Shown here in pieces: positions 1-7,009 of a stretch of DNA of 64,000 nucleotides. The DNA is taken from the NCBI GenBank assembly GCA_028864975.1, contig JAGWLG010000012.1, positions 1 through 64,000 of the forward strand, written 5' to 3'. Positions within the stretch are counted from its first letter, which is position 1. Every line of letters starts with the position of its first letter. The notes below the pieces were generated by a model. The model ran no database searches and was not told the origin of the DNA. It saw only the letters and a list, made by a program, of their open reading frames with translations. The stretch comes from Thermoplasmata archaeon. GTDB lineage: Archaea; Thermoplasmatota; Thermoplasmata; Lutacidiplasmatales; UBA184. Position numbers and translations under genes: made by a program.

Positions 1-734
1 GCGGTCGTTGAGAGCGGGAAGAGCGGATCGATTCCGATGAGCCGCCATCGAAGCACCGTGGCGGTGACGGAGGAGACCCCCACCGGGAGAAGGCTCCTTG
101 GTCTCCACTCGAAGAGCAGAAGTTCGACGGCAACGAGGACCGCGGCCACGGGGGAATTGAAGGTGGCGGCCATCCCACCAGCCGCCCCAGCTACCAGGAG
201 CGTCTTGCGCTCGGCAGCCGAAAGATGGAGCGCCTGCCCGAACACCGATCCAAGAGACCCCCCGGTCATGATGATCGGGCCTTCCGCGCCGAAGGGCCCC
301 CCCGACCCGATCGCGATTGCAGCCGAGAGGGGTTTCAGGAGTGTCATCCTCGGTTCGATGCGGCTCTTGCGAACGAGGATGGATTCGAGGGCTTCTGGGA
401 TACCATGGCCCCGAATCTTATCGGAACCAAAGCGGGCCATGAGACCCACGATCAGGCCACCAATCACGGGGACCCCGACTGCGAGGAAGCCCAGGGAACT
501 TCCGGACGGGGAGACAAATCGGAAAGAAATCCTCTGGTAGTAGAACAGGTTCGTGAAGAACCCGATGAGGTCGAGTAAGACCAAGGCGGCGATCGCGGCC
601 AGCAGCCCTGTGACCACCGCGAGGAGCGAGAGGTAGACGGTCCGACGATCTACCGTGGTGAAATCCCCGAGATCGCGAAAGCGACGGACCTGACCCGTGA
701 CCGAAAGCGGTCCCGAGCTACGGCCCTGTCGCAT
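1..734 (-). CDS. ClC-family chloride channel/antiporter (3' end runs off the window)
   Basis: Manual translation from ATG at 734 (MRQGRSS...) gives hydrophobic helices with GHGIPEA, IGSGGPFGAEGP and GMAATFNSP, which match the ClC GSGIP/GREGP/FNAP motifs. It is absent from the ORF track because there is no stop in the window. Confidence 0.9.
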   Translation of the reverse strand, partial: MRQGRSSGPLSVTGQVRRFRDLGDFTTVDRRTVYLSLLAVVTGLLAAIAALVLLDLIGFFTNLFYYQRISFRFVSPSGSSLGFLAVGVPVIGGLIVGLMARFGSDKIRGHGIPEALESILVRKSRIEPRMTLLKPLSAAIAIGSGGPFGAEGPIIMTGGSLGSVFGQALHLSAAERKTLLVAGAAGGMAATFNSPVAAVLVAVELLLFEWRPRSLLPVGVSSVTATVLRWRLIGIDPLFPLSTT

Positions 735-777
735 GGTGGATCCGTCTCCGGAACCTCACCCCGTTTTCTGCTGGACC

Positions 778-789
778 CGAAACGTCTAG
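778..789. repeat. 12-bp motif CGAAACGTCTAG, reverse-complement copy at 1169-1180
   Basis: Exact 12-bp match in opposite orientation in the two intergenic gaps flanking the CDGSH gene. Confidence 0.5.
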
Positions 790-889
790 ATGGAACGTCG
801 TTCTATGAGGGCGCTCGGAGTTGGTAGGGTCCGAGCGGCAAGGCGGGGCGGCGCTGACCGGCACCGTTAGAGCCGCCCCAACCGAGGGA

Positions 890-1123
890 CTACTTGGGGT
901 GGAGCTTTTCCTTCGGGGTGGGGAACATGTCTTCGATGGAGACTCGGTTGCGGTTCTCATCGTAGACGTAGAGCTTCCCTGCCTCCTCGCCCTTCGTCTT
1001 CGAGTGGCTCCCGTCGCAGAACGGCTTGTTCCGGCTCAAGCCGCACTGACAGACCGCGACGGTTTGCCCTCCGATCTCGATCAGCGCAGGTCCCGTTGCA
1101 TCGTGGCGAATGAGGCGCGACAT
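890..1123 (-). CDS. CDGSH iron-sulfur domain protein (2Fe-2S)
   Basis: [16 protein letters not shown] matches the C-x-C-x2-S-x3-P-x-CDGSH signature. Confidence 0.92.
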   Translation of the reverse strand: MSRLIRHDATGPALIEIGGQTVAVCQCGLSRNKPFCDGSHSKTKGEEAGKLYVYDENRNRVSIEDMFPTPKEKLHPK

Positions 1124-1210
1124 GGTTCACCGAGGAGAGCCATCTGCCCGAATCCCATCTCGGTAGCGCTAGACGTTTCGAGCACTCGTGCTTCGGGGCT
1201 CGACCGCACC

Positions 1211-1237
1211 GGTCTCCCCGCTCCCGCGAGGGAGACC
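1211..1237 (+). promoter_or_regulatory. SD-sequestering hairpin, copy 1
   Basis: GGTCTCCC (1211-1218) pairs perfectly with GGGAGACC (1230-1237), which contains the GGAG site and ends one base before ATG 1238. Confidence 0.6.
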
Positions 1238-1299
1238 ATGCGCTCCAAGAGCCGCCTGAAACCCAGCGCCAACCGCCCCGCGCCGAACGAACACCCCCA
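1222..1299 (+). repeat. Dispersed degenerate direct repeat, copy 1 (copy 2 at 3671-3731)
   Basis: Shared blocks CCGCGAGG, ATGCGCTCCAAG, ACCGCCCCGCG and ACGAACACCCCCA occur in the same order in both copies. Confidence 0.8.
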
Positions 1300-1552
1300 A
1301 GACGACTCGTGGGTCGACCAAGTGGCCGACGAGATCCAGGCCCTGCTCGCCGAGCATGGCCTCGAGCTCGAGCTGGTCGTCTTCTACGACAACCAGACCG
1401 AGATCTTGCACGCGACGGGTCTTGACGGAAGTCCCGCCAGATACTTCCGGTCGCTCGAGTCGGAGGGAGGGACAGGTTCCTCGGGGGCGACCAAGGGAGC
1501 AGAACCGGTCGATCTCCCTCCCAGGCGAGGCTCGTTCACGCCGTCCGCGTAA
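1238..1552 (+). CDS. Hypothetical protein (104 aa, starts MRSK)
   Basis: ATG preceded by GGGAG. The core WVDQVADEIQALLAEHGLELELVVFY looks like a genuine alpha/beta segment. Start trimmed from ORF 821..1552. Confidence 0.5.
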   Translation: MRSKSRLKPSANRPAPNEHPQDDSWVDQVADEIQALLAEHGLELELVVFYDNQTEILHATGLDGSPARYFRSLESEGGTGSSGATKGAEPVDLPPRRGSFTPSA

Positions 1553-1600
1553 GCCTGCGGACAGTCTCCTCCGGCCCGCGTATTCTCTTGGGAGGTGCGC

Positions 1601-1840
1601 ATGGCAAAGCCGCGGGCCGGCGAGTTCCGAAATGATCCAGGGGGAAAGGGTTGGTTCGCGGTCCCCCGGGCGGTGGACGAGTTCCTGTCACCGAGCGGCC
1701 GTGCCTGCGTCCCTGTTCACTTCGTGTTCGTGGGGACCCGCGTGTTCCTGCTCATGGGCCTCCTACGATGGTGCCTAAGTACCACGCATGCTCCGAGGGC
1801 CGAGAGCGCTCCCTCCAGCCCGGAGACAGTTCTTCCATGA
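1601..1840 (+). CDS. Hypothetical protein (79 aa)
   Basis: GGAGGT 5 nt upstream of ATG 1601. The stop overlaps the cupin start (ATGA). Confidence 0.4.
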   Translation: MAKPRAGEFRNDPGGKGWFAVPRAVDEFLSPSGRACVPVHFVFVGTRVFLLMGLLRWCLSTTHAPRAESAPSSPETVLP

Positions 1841-2211
1841 AGCGACCCGCCGGTCTGACCCCCGACCTAATCGCCCTTTATGCCGACAGCCCGGACGAGG
1901 GGGTCTGCTGGAGCGAGAAGACGGCCGACCTCAATGTGAACCTCGTGGCTTGGTCCCCCTCCCATGGTGTCGATCCCCACGTCAACGAGGCGTGCGACGT
2001 CCTATTGGTGGGGCTGCATGGTCGGGGCCGAGTGGAAATCGATGCCAATCCACATCCCGTGCTGACTGGCTCCGTTATACTGATACCGCGGGGCTCGACC
2101 CGGGCGATCATCGCTGAGACAAGAATGCTCTACCTGACGTCTCACGTCCGCCAGCCCGAGACGTTCGACGTCGACCTCCCTGGAGTCAAGACCCGAGGCT
2201 CACTTCGGTGA
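1837..2211 (+). CDS. Cupin domain protein
   Basis: PHVNEACDVLLVGLHGRGRVEI...GSVILIPRGSTRAI resembles cupin motifs 1 and 2. ATG 1837 is coupled to the upstream stop. Confidence 0.8.
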   Translation: MKRPAGLTPDLIALYADSPDEGVCWSEKTADLNVNLVAWSPSHGVDPHVNEACDVLLVGLHGRGRVEIDANPHPVLTGSVILIPRGSTRAIIAETRMLYLTSHVRQPETFDVDLPGVKTRGSLR

Positions 2212-2223
2212 CCTTGCCTAGGT

Positions 2224-3495
2224 CTACTTCCTTCCGCTCCAGCGGCCCTGAGCTTCTCGGATCTTCTCAAGACGGACCCCGGGGAGCGGGTTCAAGCTCG
2301 GATACAGCACTGGAAGAGTCCCGATGCACCACGAGACAGAGGTTCCCAGGAGCAGGATCCCCCCGATGAGAAGGGCGATCGAGGAGATCCTACCTAGGTC
2401 GACCCACCCCGCGGCCAGGCAGGCAACCGAGGCCACCCACGCCACCGACATGGTCCACAGCATCTTTCGGGTCCACTCGTGGGACACCCTCTGGAAGGGA
2501 GCGATCATCCCGAACCACATGATCAGAATCGTCAAGCCGAGGAAGCCGAGGACGTTCAATGCGGCATGGGTCTGGTAGGGCATGTAGTTGGAGGTCGAGA
2601 CCATCCACAAGCCGATCCCACCCCCCACGAGGAGGATGACGACACCGGTCAGGTGAAGCCCGAGCTGCGGACGCGGGGTCTTCGCCCTCACACCGAGAAT
2701 GACCAAGCTCAAGGCTAGCAACGCGGCGAAAAGCCCCTCGGGGGCCGCCAGGATGGGTAGGGTCAGCATCCCGAGCCACCCGGGTGCCAGCATCCCTAGG
2801 GGGACGAGAATACTGCCGACCGCTCCGGAAGCAGCGATCGCTCCCACGAGGAAACGAGGGGGATCCGCCGCCACGGAGCGCGGGACCATCCGAAGGCTCA
2901 CGGCGGCCACGAGCAGGGTGGCATGGCCCAGGACGAAGAGGTGGACCCCGGCGATCCACCAACCGAAGCCCGGACCGTTCGAGCATGCCGATAGGAAGAA
3001 GAGCGCGGACGCCGCCAGAGGAGACGCCCACGCCAGCAGGAAGAGCGGTAGCGAGACCACGTCGCCTGGTCGATGGCTCGGTCCTGAGGTTTGAAGCACG
3101 GGCCGGCGGAGGGCCACGACAAATCGAGCGAGTTCGATCCCGACAGCCGCTCCGAGGAGGACAGACGCGACGGCGAAGCTCGTGCTGAAGGGCACACCGA
3201 GCCCGGGTTCGGCGAGAGAAAATGTCCCCAAACCGATGCAACCGGTGAGGAGGGCCGGAGGAAGCGGGTCCAGAATGCGGCCGGGTAGCACTCGGCGCGA
3301 GATCGAAGGGAAGAGGTGGAGGGAGAATCCCAGGGTCGTCGCCTGGACGAACCCGATCAGGAGGAGCCAGAGCAGTGGGTCCCACGTGTTGGGGGGGCCG
3401 CGGCCGACGGCACTCAACGTGAGAAGGACCCCAGCAAAGGAGAGGGATGTGAGCCCCACCGTAAGGAAGGTACGCGATGAACCGGTAAGAGGCAC
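2224..3495 (-). CDS. Polytopic membrane protein with intramembrane histidines (NnrS/heme-copper-oxidase-subunit-I-like, tentative)
   Basis: About 12 hydrophobic segments, with His in SLHLFP, GVHLFVLGH, GLHLTG and THAALNVLGF. The family call is by resemblance only. Confidence 0.65.
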   Translation of the reverse strand: MPLTGSSRTFLTVGLTSLSFAGVLLTLSAVGRGPPNTWDPLLWLLLIGFVQATTLGFSLHLFPSISRRVLPGRILDPLPPALLTGCIGLGTFSLAEPGLGVPFSTSFAVASVLLGAAVGIELARFVVALRRPVLQTSGPSHRPGDVVSLPLFLLAWASPLAASALFFLSACSNGPGFGWWIAGVHLFVLGHATLLVAAVSLRMVPRSVAADPPRFLVGAIAASGAVGSILVPLGMLAPGWLGMLTLPILAAPEGLFAALLALSLVILGVRAKTPRPQLGLHLTGVVILLVGGGIGLWMVSTSNYMPYQTHAALNVLGFLGLTILIMWFGMIAPFQRVSHEWTRKMLWTMSVAWVASVACLAAGWVDLGRISSIALLIGGILLLGTSVSWCIGTLPVLYPSLNPLPGVRLEKIREAQGRWSGRK

Positions 3496-3617
3496 GTAGG
3501 GCGATCAGGAACGGGCGTGGAAGAGCGTTGCCCTCCCTCTCGTGTCGGACGCTGCCGATCCGACAGGTTACCCTGTGTGAGCGTCGACGACTGTAGTCTG
3601 GCTTCCCTCGACTCTGC

Positions 3618-3624
3618 TTTATTT
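3618..3624 (+). promoter_or_regulatory. Candidate TATA box (TTTATTT) for the 3686/3742 unit
   Basis: AT-rich heptamer in GC-rich DNA, about 30 nt upstream of the hairpin at 3657. Confidence 0.4.
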
Positions 3625-3656
3625 GACCCGAGTAACGCTCCCGCTGGTATCGCGCC

Positions 3657-3685
3657 CTTCTCACCTCTCTCCGCGAGGTGAGAAG
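3657..3685 (+). promoter_or_regulatory. SD-sequestering hairpin, copy 2
   Basis: CTTCTCACCT (3657-3666) pairs perfectly with AGGTGAGAAG (3676-3685), covering most of GAGGTGA and ending one base before ATG 3686. Confidence 0.65.
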
Positions 3686-3745
3686 ATGCGCTCCAAGCGT
3701 ACCCCAGACCGCCCCGCGACGAACACCCCCACGGAGGCTCAGTGA
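3686..3745 (+). CDS. 19-aa upstream ORF MRSKRTPDRPATNTPTEAQ
   Basis: Strong SD (GAGGTGA) and ATG. Its TGA overlaps the GTG of the next gene (GTGA). Not in the ORF track because it is too short. Confidence 0.45.
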   Translation: MRSKRTPDRPATNTPTEAQ

Positions 3746-4053
3746 AGCTCCGGACCGTGACCGGGAACCGCTACCCGGTGAAGTGCGCCTGCGCCGCCAA
3801 CTGCGGGACCACCATCCCCGCCGGGGAGGCTGTCCGTGTCGTGATCGACATGGACACATACCGCCCTCGGAAGAGCTACATCCCGGACCACAGCCCCGAC
3901 GCGGGGAAGTGGAAGGGCAACGGCTCGGCCGCCAACCCCGCCCCCTCCAACGGGGGCAACGGTCACGCGGCGGGGTTCACCCCAGCGAGCGCCCTTCCGG
4001 TACCCCCGCCAAAGGCACCCGAGCCTCCGACGCTGCCTTTCGGACCCGGGTGA
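3742..4053 (+). CDS. Hypothetical Cys-rich protein (CxCxxxC...H), possible Zn binder, Pro-rich C-terminus
   Basis: GGAGG SD upstream of GTG. KCACAANCG and a distal PDH. Confidence 0.55.
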   Translation: MKLRTVTGNRYPVKCACAANCGTTIPAGEAVRVVIDMDTYRPRKSYIPDHSPDAGKWKGNGSAANPAPSNGGNGHAAGFTPASALPVPPPKAPEPPTLPFGPG

Positions 4054-4126
4054 AGGGAGTTTGAAGCCTGGGGTTAGCGGATTCCTCGAGGAACTTCGTC
4101 GGCGAGGGGTTTCGCTCGACTATCGA

Positions 4127-4157
4127 CGCTCATCAACGAGCAGGTAGTTGATGAGCG
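4127..4157. other. Perfect 11-bp stem-loop between convergent transcription units
   Basis: CGCTCATCAAC / 9-nt loop / GTTGATGAGCG. There is no U-tract, so a terminator role is not established. Confidence 0.5.
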
Positions 4158-4196
4158 AGCAATACGAATAACGGCCAGCGTTTACGATAATCGTAA

Positions 4197-4305
4197 TGGG
4201 GCTGCCCGAATTTGAATCGGGGTCGCGTGGTCCCAAACCACGCAGGATGGACCATTGTAGCGTCACCAGGGGGAAGACCCCTGGACGAAACTACCCCACA
4301 GCCCC
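4197..4305 (-). tRNA. tRNA-Pro (UGG), intron-containing, CCA not encoded
   Basis: Acceptor GGGGCTG/CAGCCCC plus discriminator A. Anticodon arm CGTGG-TTTGGGA-CCACG. T arm CCCGA-TTCAAAT-TCGGG. Mature length is 75 nt after removing a 34-nt D-loop insert. Confidence 0.95.
4255..4288 (-). other. 34-nt tRNA intron in the D-loop (about position 17/17a)
   Basis: GTAG/CTAC 4-bp central helix, TTT and AAT bulges, intronic helices CGTC/GACG and CCAGGGG/CCCCTGG. Cutting after the second bulge nucleotide restores AGTTTGGTCCA. Confidence 0.85.
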
Positions 4306-4445
4306 ATGCCCATGCGGGCACCGCCGTCCGCCCTTGAACCTTCCCTGGACCTTGGCCCGCACCGACGTTGAGGGTGCTTCCCGAGCCCGGGCTTTCCACA
4401 CAAGCAGAACGCTTCTCTAGGACCCGATCATACCGAGAGACCAAC

Positions 4446-4703
4446 ATGGGTTCAGAAGAGCGGACGTCGCGAGACGAAGGGGACGGGCGCGGCGCGTTAG
4501 GTCGCCCAGAGGTCCTGGGTTCGTTCGAACACGCGGGGACCGGCACCGTCCACATCGTCATGACCGATCGTCGCACGCTGTGCGGCGCGCGGACGGGAGC
4601 GATGGACCTTCGGGGGAACGACGACTGGTACGTCCGAGAAGAAGATGCCCCGGTGAGTTGCCTTCGATGTCAGGGCCTTGCCCTCAAGAGCCCCCGGATC
4701 TGA
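4446..4703 (+). CDS. Small putative zinc-binding protein (H-x9-C...CxxC)
   Basis: TVHIV...TLCG...VSCLRC. ATG 4446 trimmed from ORF 4368..4703. Confidence 0.6.
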   Translation: MGSEERTSRDEGDGRGALGRPEVLGSFEHAGTGTVHIVMTDRRTLCGARTGAMDLRGNDDWYVREEDAPVSCLRCQGLALKSPRI

Positions 4704-4801
4704 GCGTCCAGTACTCCTCCATCCACCGATAGTGGGACCCGTCCGATCTGACCGCGCTTCCGCGCACGCTCTCCTCGAATGGGGGGGGCTGGCCGTCGGG
4801 T

Positions 4802-5212
4802 CTATGAGATCTCAAACTCGTTGCCGTCGGGGTCCCGGAAGACCGCCATCTTCCCCCAGCCGGTGTCCGTCAGCTCTTGGACGAGCTCCACGCCCCGCGC
4901 CTTGAGTTCACGATAGGCATGTTCCACATCTCTTGGCGTGCTTGCGGGGAGGAAGACCCCTGGTGCAATCTCGGTCCTCCGGGTCTCTCCACACCGGAAC
5001 CAAATCCCCGTCCTCCCCCCGGGGCTGTCCCCCTGCCAGTCGTCGCCCTCTCCACAGAGGTGGATCAGGGGAAGCGAGGACCCCGGGGGACGCAGGAACA
5101 CCAAGTGACGCTCCCTCGCGACCACTTCGAAACCCAACTTCTCGCAGTACCAGTCGGCAGCCTTTCTTGCGTCTCGAACGAGGACCGCGACCGAGCCCAC
5201 TCCAGACAGCAT
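4802..5212 (-). CDS. VOC/glyoxalase family protein
   Basis: VAVLVRDARKAADWYCEKLGF at the N-terminus and WGKMAVFRDPDGNEFEI at the C-terminus. Confidence 0.88.
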   Translation of the reverse strand: MLSGVGSVAVLVRDARKAADWYCEKLGFEVVARERHLVFLRPPGSSLPLIHLCGEGDDWQGDSPGGRTGIWFRCGETRRTEIAPGVFLPASTPRDVEHAYRELKARGVELVQELTDTGWGKMAVFRDPDGNEFEIS

Positions 5213-5348
5213 GAGCAGAACGAGTCGACCACCCTCTAAGAACCCTGCGAACACCACCGGTCACCCATTGGAAGTGCCCTTCGGGTCATGGTCAGGTTCG
5301 TGAGAGTTTCCGACAGTTGGCGTTCCACTCGAGTCGAGCGCGTCCGTG

Positions 5349-5777
5349 TCAGACCGCCTCGACGCGCTTGAGATTGCGGCCGATGAGACAGGTCGCCTTG
5401 GCGGGGTCGACCCGAAGGATCCTGAACTTGCTCTTCGCGGAGAGCGATGGTCCCGCGCACGCGTCCCAGTTCGGACAGTCCAGGCGCGCACACTCGAAGC
5501 GGCCGGACTCCACGGTCGAGCCCTCGATCGCCGCCCCCGCCTCGACCAGGAGCGCACGGGGGGCCGGAGCGACGTCCACGACGCTCGCTTCGACCTCCTG
5601 CAGGGCACAGGGGTGAGCGACCGGACGGACGCTCTGGACCTGGTACCGGTGACCGGGTTCGAGGGTGAGGCACGCGTTCCGATAGGGGCACGGACGGCAG
5701 GGGGGAGCCCCTCCCTGATAGAAGAACGTGAACCCTGGGCGGGCCTGGCCGCGGGCGATCATGGTGATCTCGGGCAT
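5349..5777 (-). CDS. UPF0179 family protein
   Basis: Cys pattern CRPCPYRNAC...HPC...C...C..C...C. Coupled (TGATG) downstream of egsA, a typical archaeal context. Confidence 0.85.
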   Translation of the reverse strand: MPEITMIARGQARPGFTFFYQGGAPPCRPCPYRNACLTLEPGHRYQVQSVRPVAHPCALQEVEASVVDVAPAPRALLVEAGAAIEGSTVESGRFECARLDCPNWDACAGPSLSAKSKFRILRVDPAKATCLIGRNLKRVEAV

Positions 5778-6895
5778 CAGATCACTTCCGTCTGGCTCGC
5801 GAGCCGCTCCGCCGCCTCCCGTGAGAGGCCGTTGTCCCCGAGGATGGTGTAACGCTCGGGGCGGAGCGTGTGGGCGTTCACGAGGGCGGTCAGCACCTCG
5901 TCGCGTTCGACGTTCGCCTCGTGCGCGGTCGTGGGCGCCCCGATCTCTTTGAGGGAGACCCGGAGGCTCTTCCAGTCGGCGTTGTGAAGGTAGGCCATCA
6001 TGATGGTCCCCAGGCCGACGACCTCACCGTGCAGCGCACGGCCGGGGGCGATGCGCTCGAGAGCGTGGGCGAACAGATGCTCCGAGCCCGATGAAGGCCG
6101 GGAAGAGCCTGCCATGCTCATCGCGATCCCGCTCATGATGATCGGACGGATCGCGATCCAGACGCTCTCCTCTTTGCCGGGGCGGATGTCGCGGGCATGG
6201 TCGAGGATCCCGTGGGCAGCGTACTCTGCCAGGGCGGCCGAGCTCGAAGCGAAGTCCTCGTTGCGCAGACGGTGCGCAAGCTGCCAGTCGAGGACCGCGG
6301 TCACGTTCGAGATCACGTCCGCGCATCCGGCCGCAAGGTAGCGGTAGGGTGCCCGTACGAGTACCGAGGTGTCGGCGACGATGGCCTCGGGGACCGCGGC
6401 TTCGATGGAGAAGGCCTCACGCGACCCCTTGAGCGATGCGCGCGGAGAGGAGATCCCATCGTGGGCCGCCGAAGTGGGAACCGAGATGAACGGGATCCGC
6501 TGACGAGCAGCAACGGTCTTCGCGAGGTCGATCTTGCTACCTCCACCGACCCCCACCAAGAACCGTATCCCCTGCTGTTCGACCTCGGAAGCGATCCGAG
6601 CGACCTCGTCCAGGGTGGCGTCCCCTGCGGGGATGATCCGGACCTTGAGCCCGGAGCTCTCCAAGAGGTGCCCTACGCGGTCGCCCGCGATGGCCTGCGT
6701 CGTCGGGCCTGTGATGACGGCCCCAGGACCCACGAACCCTAGTGTCTGGCAAATCTTGGGAAGTTCTTCGAGCACCCCGTGACCCGCGAGGACGGTGCGG
6801 GGGAAGTTCATCGTCCGGACCTTGTGGAAGTCCTCCAGAGGACCGCCTGCGGCGGTCGCCGCGGCCCGGAGCGGACTTGCTCCGCCAGTAACCAT
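5777..6895 (-). CDS. egsA: NAD(P)-dependent sn-glycerol-1-phosphate dehydrogenase
   Basis: GVGGGSKIDLAK, VPTSAAHDGISS, SSRPSSGSEHLFAHAL, ALHGEVVG, RPERYTIL. Confidence 0.95.
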   Translation of the reverse strand: MVTGGASPLRAAATAAGGPLEDFHKVRTMNFPRTVLAGHGVLEELPKICQTLGFVGPGAVITGPTTQAIAGDRVGHLLESSGLKVRIIPAGDATLDEVARIASEVEQQGIRFLVGVGGGSKIDLAKTVAARQRIPFISVPTSAAHDGISSPRASLKGSREAFSIEAAVPEAIVADTSVLVRAPYRYLAAGCADVISNVTAVLDWQLAHRLRNEDFASSSAALAEYAAHGILDHARDIRPGKEESVWIAIRPIIMSGIAMSMAGSSRPSSGSEHLFAHALERIAPGRALHGEVVGLGTIMMAYLHNADWKSLRVSLKEIGAPTTAHEANVERDEVLTALVNAHTLRPERYTILGDNGLSREAAERLASQTEVI

Positions 6896-7009
6896 TAGAC
6901 TCGAGGCAGGACGGCCCTCTAAAGAAGGTGACGGGGGCTGCCCGTGAAATGCGGGCTGCTCCGAAGGGGTCCCCGCGCTCTGTGCAGGGAAGCCGACCGG
7001 AGATAGTGG

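Noticed and set aside
4061-4147. 28-codon frame LKPGVSGFLEELRRRGVSL resembling a HAD hydrolase segment
   Set aside because: Too short, TTG start with an SD only 1 nt away, and no catalytic DxD motif. At most a remnant.
6934-6944. 11-bp match (GGGGCTGCCCG) to the tRNA-Pro 3' end as a possible att site
   Set aside because: It is short and GC-rich, lies on the 5' side of the tRNA (wrong geometry), and would enclose the core gene egsA.
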